From: a virus
Lineage: Duplodnaviria; Caudoviricetes
Direction: 5' to 3' (one strand)
DNA: 28,417 nt
Virus record (IMG/VR): IMGVR_UViG_3300032277_000061
Span: 1-28,417 of that record
Part shown: positions 9,128 to 18,170 of the stretch, piece after piece
Position numbering within the stretch: position 1 is the first letter of the stretch
Layout: each line of letters starts with the position of its first letter
Translations under genes and position numbers: made by a program
The notes under the pieces: model-generated
Told to the model about the DNA's origin: nothing
What the model saw: the letters and a program-made list of their open reading frames with translations, nothing else
Databases searched by the model: none

Positions 9128-10081
9128 TTAACCTTCTTCTTCCAATTTCTTTAAAGCTGCTTCTTTCCGCTTCCTCTGGTAAAGGGCGCCACCATAAATA
9201 CCCTCCTGGGTAGGTTCTCGGTCTTTATCTGTGGAAGCCAGCTTCATTCCCTTACCCTGATTTAAGTTTTCATTTCTAAACTGCATCATTAAGTAAGGTA
9301 AATCATGTAATCCACCAAAATAGCGGGTTTTTGTTTTAAAAGATTTAGGCATTAATAAATCCCGAACCCTGCCAAGCTGCTTATCAGTCAAATTAACACC
9401 ATAGGCTTTTGAGATGCTATCCATCGCGCTATTAACATATGTATTAATATCGTTATCTATAGCTTGTCGCCTTTGTGTACCCGCTCCATCAAAGACACCT
9501 CCAATCGTATCATCCCACGCTTTGTCAAATCCGCCTCCAGAAAAATATCCCCAATGATTTGCAAGCTCCTTAAGGTCATTTATAATGGGTATAGCCTTCT
9601 CTGCAGCAGCAGCCTGATTAAATAGTTTTGTTTTTGATGCGGTGGTAGGCATGAATGTTTGCTTGCCGGTATTAGGGTCGGTTTGAACCCCCCCCGCTCT
9701 AGCAGTAGTATTTGCGCTTGCTCCGCCAGTGGTAACAATCGGCCTACCTTGGTCATCATACCCTACAGTAACTCCTGTAGCCGGACCAATTAACTGCTTC
9801 CCATCCGGCCCCATAACTGGCTCTGATTTTGATGGGTCAAGTTTGCTGACTCTATAAAGTTCATTATTAGGACCTTTTTGAATTACAAAGTCAGAAGCTT
9901 TAGCTTGAGGATGAAGCAGCCCCTGAGTTTGGGCGCCAAGCTGTCCTATTTTAGCCTGTGTTAACATATCAGCTAAGGCAGACTTTTTTCTAGCATCACG
10001 CCTTTTTTCATCGAAGTCCCACCCATCTTGAGCGGCATCATAAATATCACTAGTTGGAATTAAAGAACCTAAAATAGACAT
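9128..10081 (-). CDS. DNA ejection protein (P22 gp20 position)
   Basis: 317 aa; synteny and composition only. Confidence 0.6.
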   Translation of the reverse strand: MSILGSLIPTSDIYDAAQDGWDFDEKRRDARKKSALADMLTQAKIGQLGAQTQGLLHPQAKASDFVIQKGPNNELYRVSKLDPSKSEPVMGPDGKQLIGPATGVTVGYDDQGRPIVTTGGASANTTARAGGVQTDPNTGKQTFMPTTASKTKLFNQAAAAEKAIPIINDLKELANHWGYFSGGGFDKAWDDTIGGVFDGAGTQRRQAIDNDINTYVNSAMDSISKAYGVNLTDKQLGRVRDLLMPKSFKTKTRYFGGLHDLPYLMMQFRNENLNQGKGMKLASTDKDREPTQEGIYGGALYQRKRKEAALKKLEEEG

Positions 10082-10089
10082 ATACCTTC

Positions 10090-10749
10090 CTACATCATCA
10101 TCGCTATCATGGCAGCTTTTGCTAACCGAGAAAGAGCTTTGGTTGCGCCTTTGATTTGATCGTGACGCTTAGCTCCCTTATATTGTTCCAAATCCGCTTT
10201 ATTGCTAGCAAACTGACCTGGGATTTGAGCCAGTGTGTTAGCCGCACCATACTCCCTACCAATTCCTGCATTTGCTAAATTAGCAAGACGGCTAGCATCT
10301 GCATTATATTGGTTTCCCTGGAATTGACCTATATCATAAAGATTTGAAAAATCCTGCTGTTGGTCTTTAGATATTATAGACTGCGTAAGCTCAGCCATTC
10401 TTCTTTGGTCTTCGGGAGTTCCCAGCATTCCGCCTGATGCAGCCGCATGCTGCTCTCCTTTTTGAGCTTGATCAAGTTGATATTGAGCATAAGGAGACAT
10501 TTGATAACCTCCCTCAGCACTGTTTAAAATCGCTCTAGGCGTCATACCCATAGCAGATTGATGCATCTGATAAGCGGGACCTAAACCTTGGTATTGGTTC
10601 CCAATTGCCCCACGATATGCATTAAAATCAGGGCCTGCATGTTGTGTGTATGGAGCCAATTGTTGCTGCGCTTGTTGGTAAGCATGGTCGTATTCTTTCT
10701 GAGCGTTATGTATTCCATAAAAATGTGGATTTAGTGGAGATTCAGCCAT
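10090..10749 (-). CDS. DNA transfer/ejection protein, P22 gp7-like
   Basis: YQMSPYAQYQLDQAQKGEQHAAASGGMLG resembles the gp7 SPxYQF...AAAxGGL motif. Gln/Ala rich. Confidence 0.7.
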   Translation of the reverse strand: MAESPLNPHFYGIHNAQKEYDHAYQQAQQQLAPYTQHAGPDFNAYRGAIGNQYQGLGPAYQMHQSAMGMTPRAILNSAEGGYQMSPYAQYQLDQAQKGEQHAAASGGMLGTPEDQRRMAELTQSIISKDQQQDFSNLYDIGQFQGNQYNADASRLANLANAGIGREYGAANTLAQIPGQFASNKADLEQYKGAKRHDQIKGATKALSRLAKAAMIAMMM

Positions 10750-10759
10750 AATATTATTC

Positions 10760-11536
10760 CTACAAATTATCTATTCTAATCTTTTCTAAAGTATGATTTA
10801 TTCCCAACAAAGATGGGTTTTCTCCAAACTCTACTTTAACATATTGCAAGTCAAAATCAGCAGAAGCACCACCTAAATCATCAACTAAAACTCTAAGCTG
10901 ACTAAATGAGCCTGAACCTGGATTTAAACTTCCAACCTGAATGTTTTTTGATATTTTATTTAAGCCAGGGTCTAAAAAAATAGCCCCGCTATTATAAATA
11001 TCTCCGGTACCATCAGTATAGACCGAAAACCTTATTTTTGTCCTATTGCTAGTGTTGTTACTTATCTGAGCACTGAAAGTTAAATTCTTTTCTTGATATT
11101 TAAAAGCTGTATTAAAATCAGATGAATAATTAACATTATAAAAATAAATAGGTGCTGTAGGCATAGCTGTTATAGATACATTGACGTAATTCTTAGAGCC
11201 CAACAGATTGCTTGAATCAGAGGGGTAAGCGGTAGGAGTCAACGTATACATATTGCCTCCAGTTGCTCCTACAACGTTCCACTGCTCTACAAACTCAGCA
11301 TCGTCCCCGTCAGCCTGAGTCGTTGGCGTAAGCCCTTTGGTTCGTATAAAGTTATAGTCAGGATTTATAGTTTCAGAAGGATTAGGAATTCCTAATGTGG
11401 CATTTATATTATTCTGAACTCGAGAAAAATAAAGCTCATACAGGTGCGATAAGGTCTTGCTATCCTGGGTCAATACAGAATCATGGATGGGCAAAGATGA
11501 TAACTGAGGATATATGTTTTTATTGCTATCTGTCAT
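10760..11536 (-). CDS. Tail-associated protein at the tail-needle (gp26) position, with a beta-sandwich domain
   Basis: Overlaps the gp10-like stop (ATGA). Short helical N-terminus, then a beta-rich domain ending YVKVEFGENPS. Confidence 0.5.
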   Translation of the reverse strand: MTDSNKNIYPQLSSLPIHDSVLTQDSKTLSHLYELYFSRVQNNINATLGIPNPSETINPDYNFIRTKGLTPTTQADGDDAEFVEQWNVVGATGGNMYTLTPTAYPSDSSNLLGSKNYVNVSITAMPTAPIYFYNVNYSSDFNTAFKYQEKNLTFSAQISNNTSNRTKIRFSVYTDGTGDIYNSGAIFLDPGLNKISKNIQVGSLNPGSGSFSQLRVLVDDLGGASADFDLQYVKVEFGENPSLLGINHTLEKIRIDNL

Positions 11537-13035
11537 GACAATATCCCATAATGCATAATCCCACCCATTAAAAAATAAGGAACTGGGTCTGACATGCTAA
11601 TCTTAAAAACCAGTCTGTTCGACTGAACTCTTCCAAGCAACCTATGTCGGCATCTATGGTCTCGCCTACCAATTGCGCCTATAGAAATTCGATGCTCGTT
11701 ACCAAAAGAAGTGCCCCCGTCCCTGGAGACACTAAGACGTATCGTTGGGATTGAACCCAATACTACTGGTGTTTGATTCTGTATCAAAGAAGGTAGCTGA
11801 CTTATCCCGACACCAGCTTGAAAATGAAGCTCAACTTCATTTATCGTAATATACCCATATGGCAACCCTGATAAATTCGGACTAAAAACCCTTTCCCTAA
11901 TTATAGTCTCACCTACATCTAAAAAATAATCCAATGAGAGCTCATAAATATTTGAATCATTAAAACTCGAGAAGTATTGTCTATTATTGAAAAATGAAAT
12001 AGAAACCATTGGATGATATCCACCAGAATGGCTTGTTCTTTTGTGCCACTCTCTAGTATTCACATCATAAACTAAAGTAGTATTGGCGTTTTTTGATGTC
12101 ATCACGTAGAACAAATGTCCATCTTCTACATAATCCATTCCTACCATATCGGAGATATCAAATTGATGAGAAAGCTCTTGGATTACAAAATCTATAGATG
12201 CATTGCTAGCCTTAATGGGAACGCCGCCATCAGTCATCATTACACTTGATGGTCCGCTTGAATTACCACTTAGCCAGAAAACCGCAGCATATCCACCTGG
12301 GCCTTGGGCCTTTACCAAAGAATTTGGTGAAAATATTCCATATTCGAAAAGAAAGTTATTGTCTCTTGCGAGAGGAGCGTTAGTCTGAGGAGTTATATAC
12401 CAACTTTCTGTTGAATATACTCCTAAGAATAAAACCCTTTGATGTATCGATGTGATACGAACTACATTATCAGATTCTGACTCAAATGCGACCCGGTCAA
12501 GTATATCCCAAGCGAATATATCATTGTTTCCAGATAGGGCTATTATTTTTGAGTTTTTACTGAGCAATATAAAATAAGTTCCCTTGTATATTATAGAGTC
12601 AGGGTTTGGAGGAAGACCAGGCGTTAATACTTGAACAAATGTACCGGATAACGGAGTGTATGCCCACAAATCAGTTCCATCTGTTATTCCTATTTGTGTA
12701 CCACTAGAAGCCATGCTAACGCCGCCAGTCGACGTGTTTAATGTTCCACGTAATGTGGGTACTAAGTTTGAGTTAAAGGAATAAAACTTGTCCCCTAACA
12801 CTTTGTATAGAACGCCATCGAAAACACGGGAGCCACCAGGCCTTCCTGTGTGTGTGGACGAACCTGTATCTACTTCTCGAGACAATACGCTTCCAGGTGT
12901 ATTCCTAAGAAATAATTTTTGATTACTTAAGTTTATGTCTGGATATAGATTAATCGATATTTGAGGGCTAACATCGGTGCTTCTAGACTCATTGTAGGGG
13001 CCTACAACGTGAAGATTAGTTATATTTCTTTTCAC
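11533..13035 (-). CDS. Tail hub/packaged-DNA stabilisation protein, P22 gp10-like
   Basis: 500 aa, beta-propeller-like. SINLYP, TPG, DGHLFYV, TLVYD...WH, SRDGG.SF and ISMSDPV motifs; synteny. Confidence 0.85.
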   Translation of the reverse strand: MKRNITNLHVVGPYNESRSTDVSPQISINLYPDINLSNQKLFLRNTPGSVLSREVDTGSSTHTGRPGGSRVFDGVLYKVLGDKFYSFNSNLVPTLRGTLNTSTGGVSMASSGTQIGITDGTDLWAYTPLSGTFVQVLTPGLPPNPDSIIYKGTYFILLSKNSKIIALSGNNDIFAWDILDRVAFESESDNVVRITSIHQRVLFLGVYSTESWYITPQTNAPLARDNNFLFEYGIFSPNSLVKAQGPGGYAAVFWLSGNSSGPSSVMMTDGGVPIKASNASIDFVIQELSHQFDISDMVGMDYVEDGHLFYVMTSKNANTTLVYDVNTREWHKRTSHSGGYHPMVSISFFNNRQYFSSFNDSNIYELSLDYFLDVGETIIRERVFSPNLSGLPYGYITINEVELHFQAGVGISQLPSLIQNQTPVVLGSIPTIRLSVSRDGGTSFGNEHRISIGAIGRRDHRCRHRLLGRVQSNRLVFKISMSDPVPYFLMGGIMHYGILS

Positions 13036-13046
13036 TGAAACACCTT

Positions 13047-13808
13047 TTATCTTCCACTATACCACCATCCATATTTTGGACCATATGTTGCATAGCTTCC
13101 AAATGCAGCACCATTTGTTTTTGAACGATTGTCCTTTATTGTTCTTACTAGGAATTCCGAGCGAAGCCTGTTAAGTTCTGCGTGGAACTTTAATCCAAGC
13201 TCAGTTCCAAATATATCGGCCAAATCTGATGAAAGTTGATACCTTGCATACTTCATCATGAATGTAGGGAGTCTGCCTGTAATATCCTCAAACTCAGTAT
13301 AAACAGGATATTTTTCTTTCACCAAACACCTAACCTCTCTAGGAGTAGATGGAGAGGTTGGGAAATCCAGTTTAGAATACCCATTCTCATCGCCTTCCCT
13401 TCTACCCTGTTTTAGAATATAAACTGAAGTTGGATAGCCTCCACTATAAGTAATGGACCTATTATTGAATTCAAAGGCATCTATAATGGTCACAGGCTGC
13501 CATGCCTCAGTACCATCAGTATTAGTATCAATTCTTATTCTAATTTCTGTAAAATCAGCAACCTCTGGTGTGATAATATCATTAGATGAATCAGGGCCAA
13601 CAGTATAAATTCTTTTTGTTGGAGTTAATGTAAAAGAGAGTTCTGACAAATATGGCGTCATGTCCTGATGTTCACTGAAATCCTGAAGCATATTATTTAA
13701 CGCAAGCATGCCTTGACTTAAGTAAGTTGCATTGGGTGACTCTTCTGGATCTACAATTTGAGCCATAATGAGTGATTGACGTACCAATTCACCAGCTATA
13801 ATAGCCAT
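13047..13808 (-). CDS. Head-to-tail adaptor, P22 gp4-like
   Basis: N-terminal ELVRQSL..A.I...E.P......GM.ALN.ML and C-terminal YQLSSDLA..FG pattern; immediately after coat. Confidence 0.75.
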   Translation of the reverse strand: MAIIAGELVRQSLIMAQIVDPEESPNATYLSQGMLALNNMLQDFSEHQDMTPYLSELSFTLTPTKRIYTVGPDSSNDIITPEVADFTEIRIRIDTNTDGTEAWQPVTIIDAFEFNNRSITYSGGYPTSVYILKQGRREGDENGYSKLDFPTSPSTPREVRCLVKEKYPVYTEFEDITGRLPTFMMKYARYQLSSDLADIFGTELGLKFHAELNRLRSEFLVRTIKDNRSKTNGAAFGSYATYGPKYGWWYSGR

Positions 13809-13820
13809 ATAAACCTCTTT

Positions 13821-13851
13821 AAATAGGCGCCCACCCTAAGATAGACGCCTA
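13821..13851 (-). terminator. Stem-loop after the coat gene (weak intrinsic terminator or mRNA-stabilising hairpin)
   Basis: Minus strand UAGGCGUCUAUC-UUAG-GGUGGGCGCCUA (12-bp stem with G:U pairs) followed by UUU. Confidence 0.65.
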
Positions 13852-13859
13852 ATACTTAA

Positions 13860-15068
13860 TTATACAGATGCAGGTTGACTTATATTTAGCGCCAAATATT
13901 TATTGAACACTAAAAAGCCCATCAACACATCAAATCGGAATATATGAGCGCCGGTATTATAATTCCAGTCTCTAACATAACGAATTGACATGTACCCTCT
14001 ACCGTCAGAACCCTCAATGTATCGGCATACTCGACCAGGAGCTTCTGGAAGCTTTTGAGATACCATAGTACATGCATCAGGATGAGCGATAAAGTTTTTC
14101 TGATGACTAGGAATAACCGTAACAGTAGCACCATTTGCTGGGTAGTCTGTAACGGTACCCTCATTTGGATCTAACACAGTTGGAGTTATTGGGTTATTCA
14201 GGGTTACTGCTGCATTACCAGAGCCATCAGAGCCAACATCAGCAGCCACAGAGAACTGAGCAGCAGAAACTCCAGTTTGGTTGTTAACATTGGTAGCTAA
14301 AATGCCATCAATAACCAACAAATCACCCTCTTTAAATGCATCTGGGTCACTTACTGCGAGACCAGTAACATTTAATGTTAAACCAGATTGAGTTGCCCCA
14401 TCAACTGTAACTGTTGCCGCACTTGCGGTTCCAGAAACGTGATTTAACACATCATTATCTTCTAAAATGGTATGACCAGCAAAATAAGGTAAATCACCAG
14501 TTTTACTAATAAAAGAGTTTAGACGAGTATTAAAGTTGTTATTAAGCCCACCAGCAATAGACGCATAATCATCTATTGAGTAGATACCATAAGCGTTGTT
14601 ACTTTCAATACCAAACTTCTTCAATACAGTTCTACCCGCATTTACAGAGGGGAATGAATTAAGAGGTGCACCGCTAGATCCAGTAAAATGAAATGCTTTA
14701 TTAATTTGAGCCATCATACGCTTGTTGGCCTCAACTTTAATAGATTCAATTGCAGGCTTTACAACTGCATTAGCCAAGTCAGGGAAGCTTTGAGCTAATT
14801 GACGACTGTCAATCTCAAAATCTTGACCAAACTCATCCATTACAACTAAAGCTTTTGAATTTTGATTTATTGACTTTGGAACAAAGTTGACACCGTCCCT
14901 AGCCTGGTAGTAGTTGGGCTCTTGAATCCTAAGAGTGTCGCCCGTTTTATTTGTAAAATCTTTCTCGTATTTTCTATTTGCGAATTCGCAAATTTTCATT
15001 TCGTTTTTTAAGTATGCAGTACCGTACCTGACGACCATGTCATCATTAATTGCATTATTAACAGCCAT
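13860..15068 (-). CDS. Major capsid protein, P22 coat (gp5) family
   Basis: NRKYEKDF..KTGDTLRI..P, I-domain-like F.EGD.+.IDG, and C-terminal RFDVLMGF. GAGG SD. Confidence 0.92.
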   Translation of the reverse strand: MAVNNAINDDMVVRYGTAYLKNEMKICEFANRKYEKDFTNKTGDTLRIQEPNYYQARDGVNFVPKSINQNSKALVVMDEFGQDFEIDSRQLAQSFPDLANAVVKPAIESIKVEANKRMMAQINKAFHFTGSSGAPLNSFPSVNAGRTVLKKFGIESNNAYGIYSIDDYASIAGGLNNNFNTRLNSFISKTGDLPYFAGHTILEDNDVLNHVSGTASAATVTVDGATQSGLTLNVTGLAVSDPDAFKEGDLLVIDGILATNVNNQTGVSAAQFSVAADVGSDGSGNAAVTLNNPITPTVLDPNEGTVTDYPANGATVTVIPSHQKNFIAHPDACTMVSQKLPEAPGRVCRYIEGSDGRGYMSIRYVRDWNYNTGAHIFRFDVLMGFLVFNKYLALNISQPASV

Positions 15069-15081
15069 TTCGATAATATCC

Positions 15082-15951
15082 TCATGTCATATTACCTCCA
15101 CTCTGAACCCAGGCCAGTACTTGTTCGTCGCTCATGTCGTTTAAGTTAGAACTACTGCCCTTAGACTCTACATTAATAGAGGGAGGCGTTTTTGTAACTT
15201 TAGGTTTGGGTTTGGAAAATCTAGTTTCTATTTTTCCAAGCTCCATAACCGCCTTATGAGCAGGCATTTTTGAAATGTTTTCTAAACGAGAAGGGTTCTT
15301 TGTGAGATACATGATGATATCCGGGCCATGTTCGGCATCAAGGATAGCATTGTGAACCTCTTTAGCTGCAGCCATGTTGACTATTTGATCTGCAAACTCT
15401 GATTCAGCGTTTTCAAAATCACTATAGGTGTCAAGCGCAGCAGAATACTTCTCATTCCATTTCTCAATCCTGCGTTCCTGTTCTTTTTGTGCTTGACGAC
15501 GATATTCATGTTCTGTTAACTTTCTTTCGAAAAAAGCGTCCATATCTTGACTCGGCTCAGCTACATCTGATTTCCCAGAGCTAGCTAAATCCTCACCAGA
15601 ATATTCTGATTCTTTGAGAGCTTTAAGCCTTTCATTCTCAGCTTGCAATCTCTCCAATGCTTCTTGAGCATCTTTTTTTTGCCTAGTAAGCTTATTGATA
15701 CGCTTCTCGTACCCATTTGATTGCTTACTAGATTCATCAGAATCGCTATCTATTGAGTCATCATCAGACTCAACTTCCAACTCTTCCTCAGTATCCTCAG
15801 AATCATCTTTAATATTTTCACTATCTTCATTTTTGACCTCAGAATCTTCAACAACCTCATCTTGACGATCAGATTGAGAGTCTTCTAAAACCTGTTGAAT
15901 GGTTTCATCTTCATTCAACTCGTTAACATTTTCAATTTTTTCGTTCGACAT
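15082..15951 (-). CDS. Scaffolding protein
   Basis: Acidic N-terminus, YEKRINKLTRQK coiled coil, GPDIIMYL.KNP, ELGKIE and TKTPP.I motifs; lies between portal and coat. Likely start ATG 15951 (GGTGG SD) rather than 16005. Confidence 0.85.
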   Translation of the reverse strand: MSNEKIENVNELNEDETIQQVLEDSQSDRQDEVVEDSEVKNEDSENIKDDSEDTEEELEVESDDDSIDSDSDESSKQSNGYEKRINKLTRQKKDAQEALERLQAENERLKALKESEYSGEDLASSGKSDVAEPSQDMDAFFERKLTEHEYRRQAQKEQERRIEKWNEKYSAALDTYSDFENAESEFADQIVNMAAAKEVHNAILDAEHGPDIIMYLTKNPSRLENISKMPAHKAVMELGKIETRFSKPKPKVTKTPPSINVESKGSSSNLNDMSDEQVLAWVQSGGNMT

Positions 15952-16055
15952 AACACCACCTATATTTTGAAAAAATATATAAAACAAACCTGGGTAAAAA
16001 GCCACCCATAAAGCTACCGGTTTTTTCTAAAACCGAAAACACCATGACTAAGTCA

Positions 16056-18170
16056 TTATTCATTTTGAGACAATTGCCCCAACTCATTCTTTATAATCGG
16101 AATCGTTGAGCTTGTCAAGTTTTTAACCACATCTAAAGCCAACTTAACTTGCTCTATATTATTTTCATTTTCTGATTTTAACATTTCAGCCTCGGCCGCT
16201 TGAAGCCTTGCTTGAACTTGAGACAAAGTCCCGATTAACTTACCAACCTGCTCTGTATGTTCATTTTCAATCTTCTCCTTCTCAAGCACCAGCTTTTGCT
16301 GTTCAAGCATTAATTTCTGCTGATTATATTGCTGGTCTGCCTGCATTTTCTGCTCTTGAGGAGAGGGGCCAGGAGGAGTTGGCTGAGGAGAGATACCTTG
16401 TTTTTCAGCCTGATAAATATTAAATGGCAGTAATGTTTTGAACCTGTCAGATATTAATTTAGCATTTTCAATATCAAGATTTTGCGCAGCTTCTCCAGCA
16501 ACAAAACTCATAGCCTCTGGATTATTCATAGCTTGGCCAAAATCAACAAGTTGTTGTACAGCTCTCTGTTTTTGAGTTGCGAAATTCGGTCCAGCAATCA
16601 CCTGGAGTCCAGAGAGTTTCTCAGGTATTTCCATAGAAGATTGGCTAGATGCCTGGACTCCACCCTCATACTCTACAAAAGAACCAGAATCAGCATTGTT
16701 AATATGAACAAACTCCGGCTCACCAGATTTGCTCAATATAGAAATAGTGCGACTACCGTCATAGACCTTAGGAAATGCTTTTACATACGCATCTCCAAGA
16801 GCCTCCATAGCCCGGTTAACATTGCTGCCTATCAGTTCTTGAGTATCATTTGCTGCTTCTTGTCTTGCCATGATAGCTAAGCCAGAGGACGCATTGCTTT
16901 GCTGCCCCCGACTTTCATCGAAAACCCCAACAATTTCGCGAACCTGTCTCTGCTGTTGCTCAAACAAAGTTAAAAGCTCTGGGCTAAACGGTATGGGAGC
17001 AATATAAGTAGGCGCCTGACCAGCATACCCGTTATAAGTCAAAGTACCATGATATCGTAAAGGTTCTTTCCAACATTCGTGCCCTTTCACAACTTCCGCG
17101 TCAGCCATGAAATTTGGCTTTTTAGCATTCAATATCTGATTAACAATCTCAGAGCCAGTGTAGTTAACAAGATGCTGAGCATCTTTAACATCTTCTGCGA
17201 AAGAGCGAGTATATTGTTGCCCATCTACACATTTAGAATTTCCATCAGCATAAAATACCGGAAGTGTATAACCCGGGAATTCGCCTTCTTCAATTATTCT
17301 ATCCTGAATCAGACGATAAAATTTTATTTTAGACTTTACAGAATCCCTTTTCCTAACAATTTCTGGCTTAATAACTAAGTCAGCATATTGCTCGTCATAC
17401 TTTTCTTTTGTGATGCTCGTATTATCTTCAAGCAAGTACAATGTTAATTTGTGGAATTCTTTCACGTAATGCATGCATATTGTGACAGATTGATCGGAAG
17501 CCCACGCAAAAGCAGGTCCTATATTTTGATTTTCTGGACCATACCCTCCAATTCTTCCGTAATACCCATCTCTAAAATTTATTGAATCCAAATCAATACT
17601 TGGATATTTCTTTTTAAATTTCTTCTTTGGCATAGAATATAGGTAGCCAGCAAATTCGCCGTCATCCTTCGTTAAGCTCATAGCGTTTGGATCAAAATAT
17701 ACTGAGAATGGGTCATAAACCTTGTCGAAGATAAATTCCTGATCCATAGAATCTTCGTCTTTATAGTCAGTACGCATTATAAAAGCGCCCCAACCCGCCT
17801 CATAAGCATCTCGGTAAACTTCTTGATAAACTTGATTGAAATTAGACTTTACAGATATATCGCGAAGCTTACCCGCAACCACATCTGTAACTTCTTGAGA
17901 AACAGATGCATCCACTTGCTCAACTTTAAACTCGGGAGTGTTTTTCCTTTGCTTCCCGATGACATTGCTAGAGATTGATGGAAGAAGATTAAACGTAAGA
18001 GTCGCCAAATCTGACTGCTCCCTAGTTTGCATCTGAGAGTCACCCCACTGACTGCAATATATATACTTTGTGTTAATTCTGGCTCGTTGTATATTATCTT
18101 GCCAATACGAATACCAGCTTTCTATTTGCTTTGAAAACAATTCGGCTTTCGATTGAACATCATCTGACAT
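16056..18170 (-). CDS. Portal protein, P22 gp1-like
   Basis: 704 aa. QW....R...LTFN, VYFDP.A...D, VKDAQ...N and SG.AI.ARQ motifs; Gln-rich C-terminal barrel helix. Confidence 0.92.
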   Translation of the reverse strand: MSDDVQSKAELFSKQIESWYSYWQDNIQRARINTKYIYCSQWGDSQMQTREQSDLATLTFNLLPSISSNVIGKQRKNTPEFKVEQVDASVSQEVTDVVAGKLRDISVKSNFNQVYQEVYRDAYEAGWGAFIMRTDYKDEDSMDQEFIFDKVYDPFSVYFDPNAMSLTKDDGEFAGYLYSMPKKKFKKKYPSIDLDSINFRDGYYGRIGGYGPENQNIGPAFAWASDQSVTICMHYVKEFHKLTLYLLEDNTSITKEKYDEQYADLVIKPEIVRKRDSVKSKIKFYRLIQDRIIEEGEFPGYTLPVFYADGNSKCVDGQQYTRSFAEDVKDAQHLVNYTGSEIVNQILNAKKPNFMADAEVVKGHECWKEPLRYHGTLTYNGYAGQAPTYIAPIPFSPELLTLFEQQQRQVREIVGVFDESRGQQSNASSGLAIMARQEAANDTQELIGSNVNRAMEALGDAYVKAFPKVYDGSRTISILSKSGEPEFVHINNADSGSFVEYEGGVQASSQSSMEIPEKLSGLQVIAGPNFATQKQRAVQQLVDFGQAMNNPEAMSFVAGEAAQNLDIENAKLISDRFKTLLPFNIYQAEKQGISPQPTPPGPSPQEQKMQADQQYNQQKLMLEQQKLVLEKEKIENEHTEQVGKLIGTLSQVQARLQAAEAEMLKSENENNIEQVKLALDVVKNLTSSTIPIIKNELGQLSQNE

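Noticed and set aside
1-11536. Diversity-generating retroelement or invertible tail-fibre cassette
   Set aside because: No reverse transcriptase, invertase, adenine-specific repeat pair or flanking inverted sites seen in the window.
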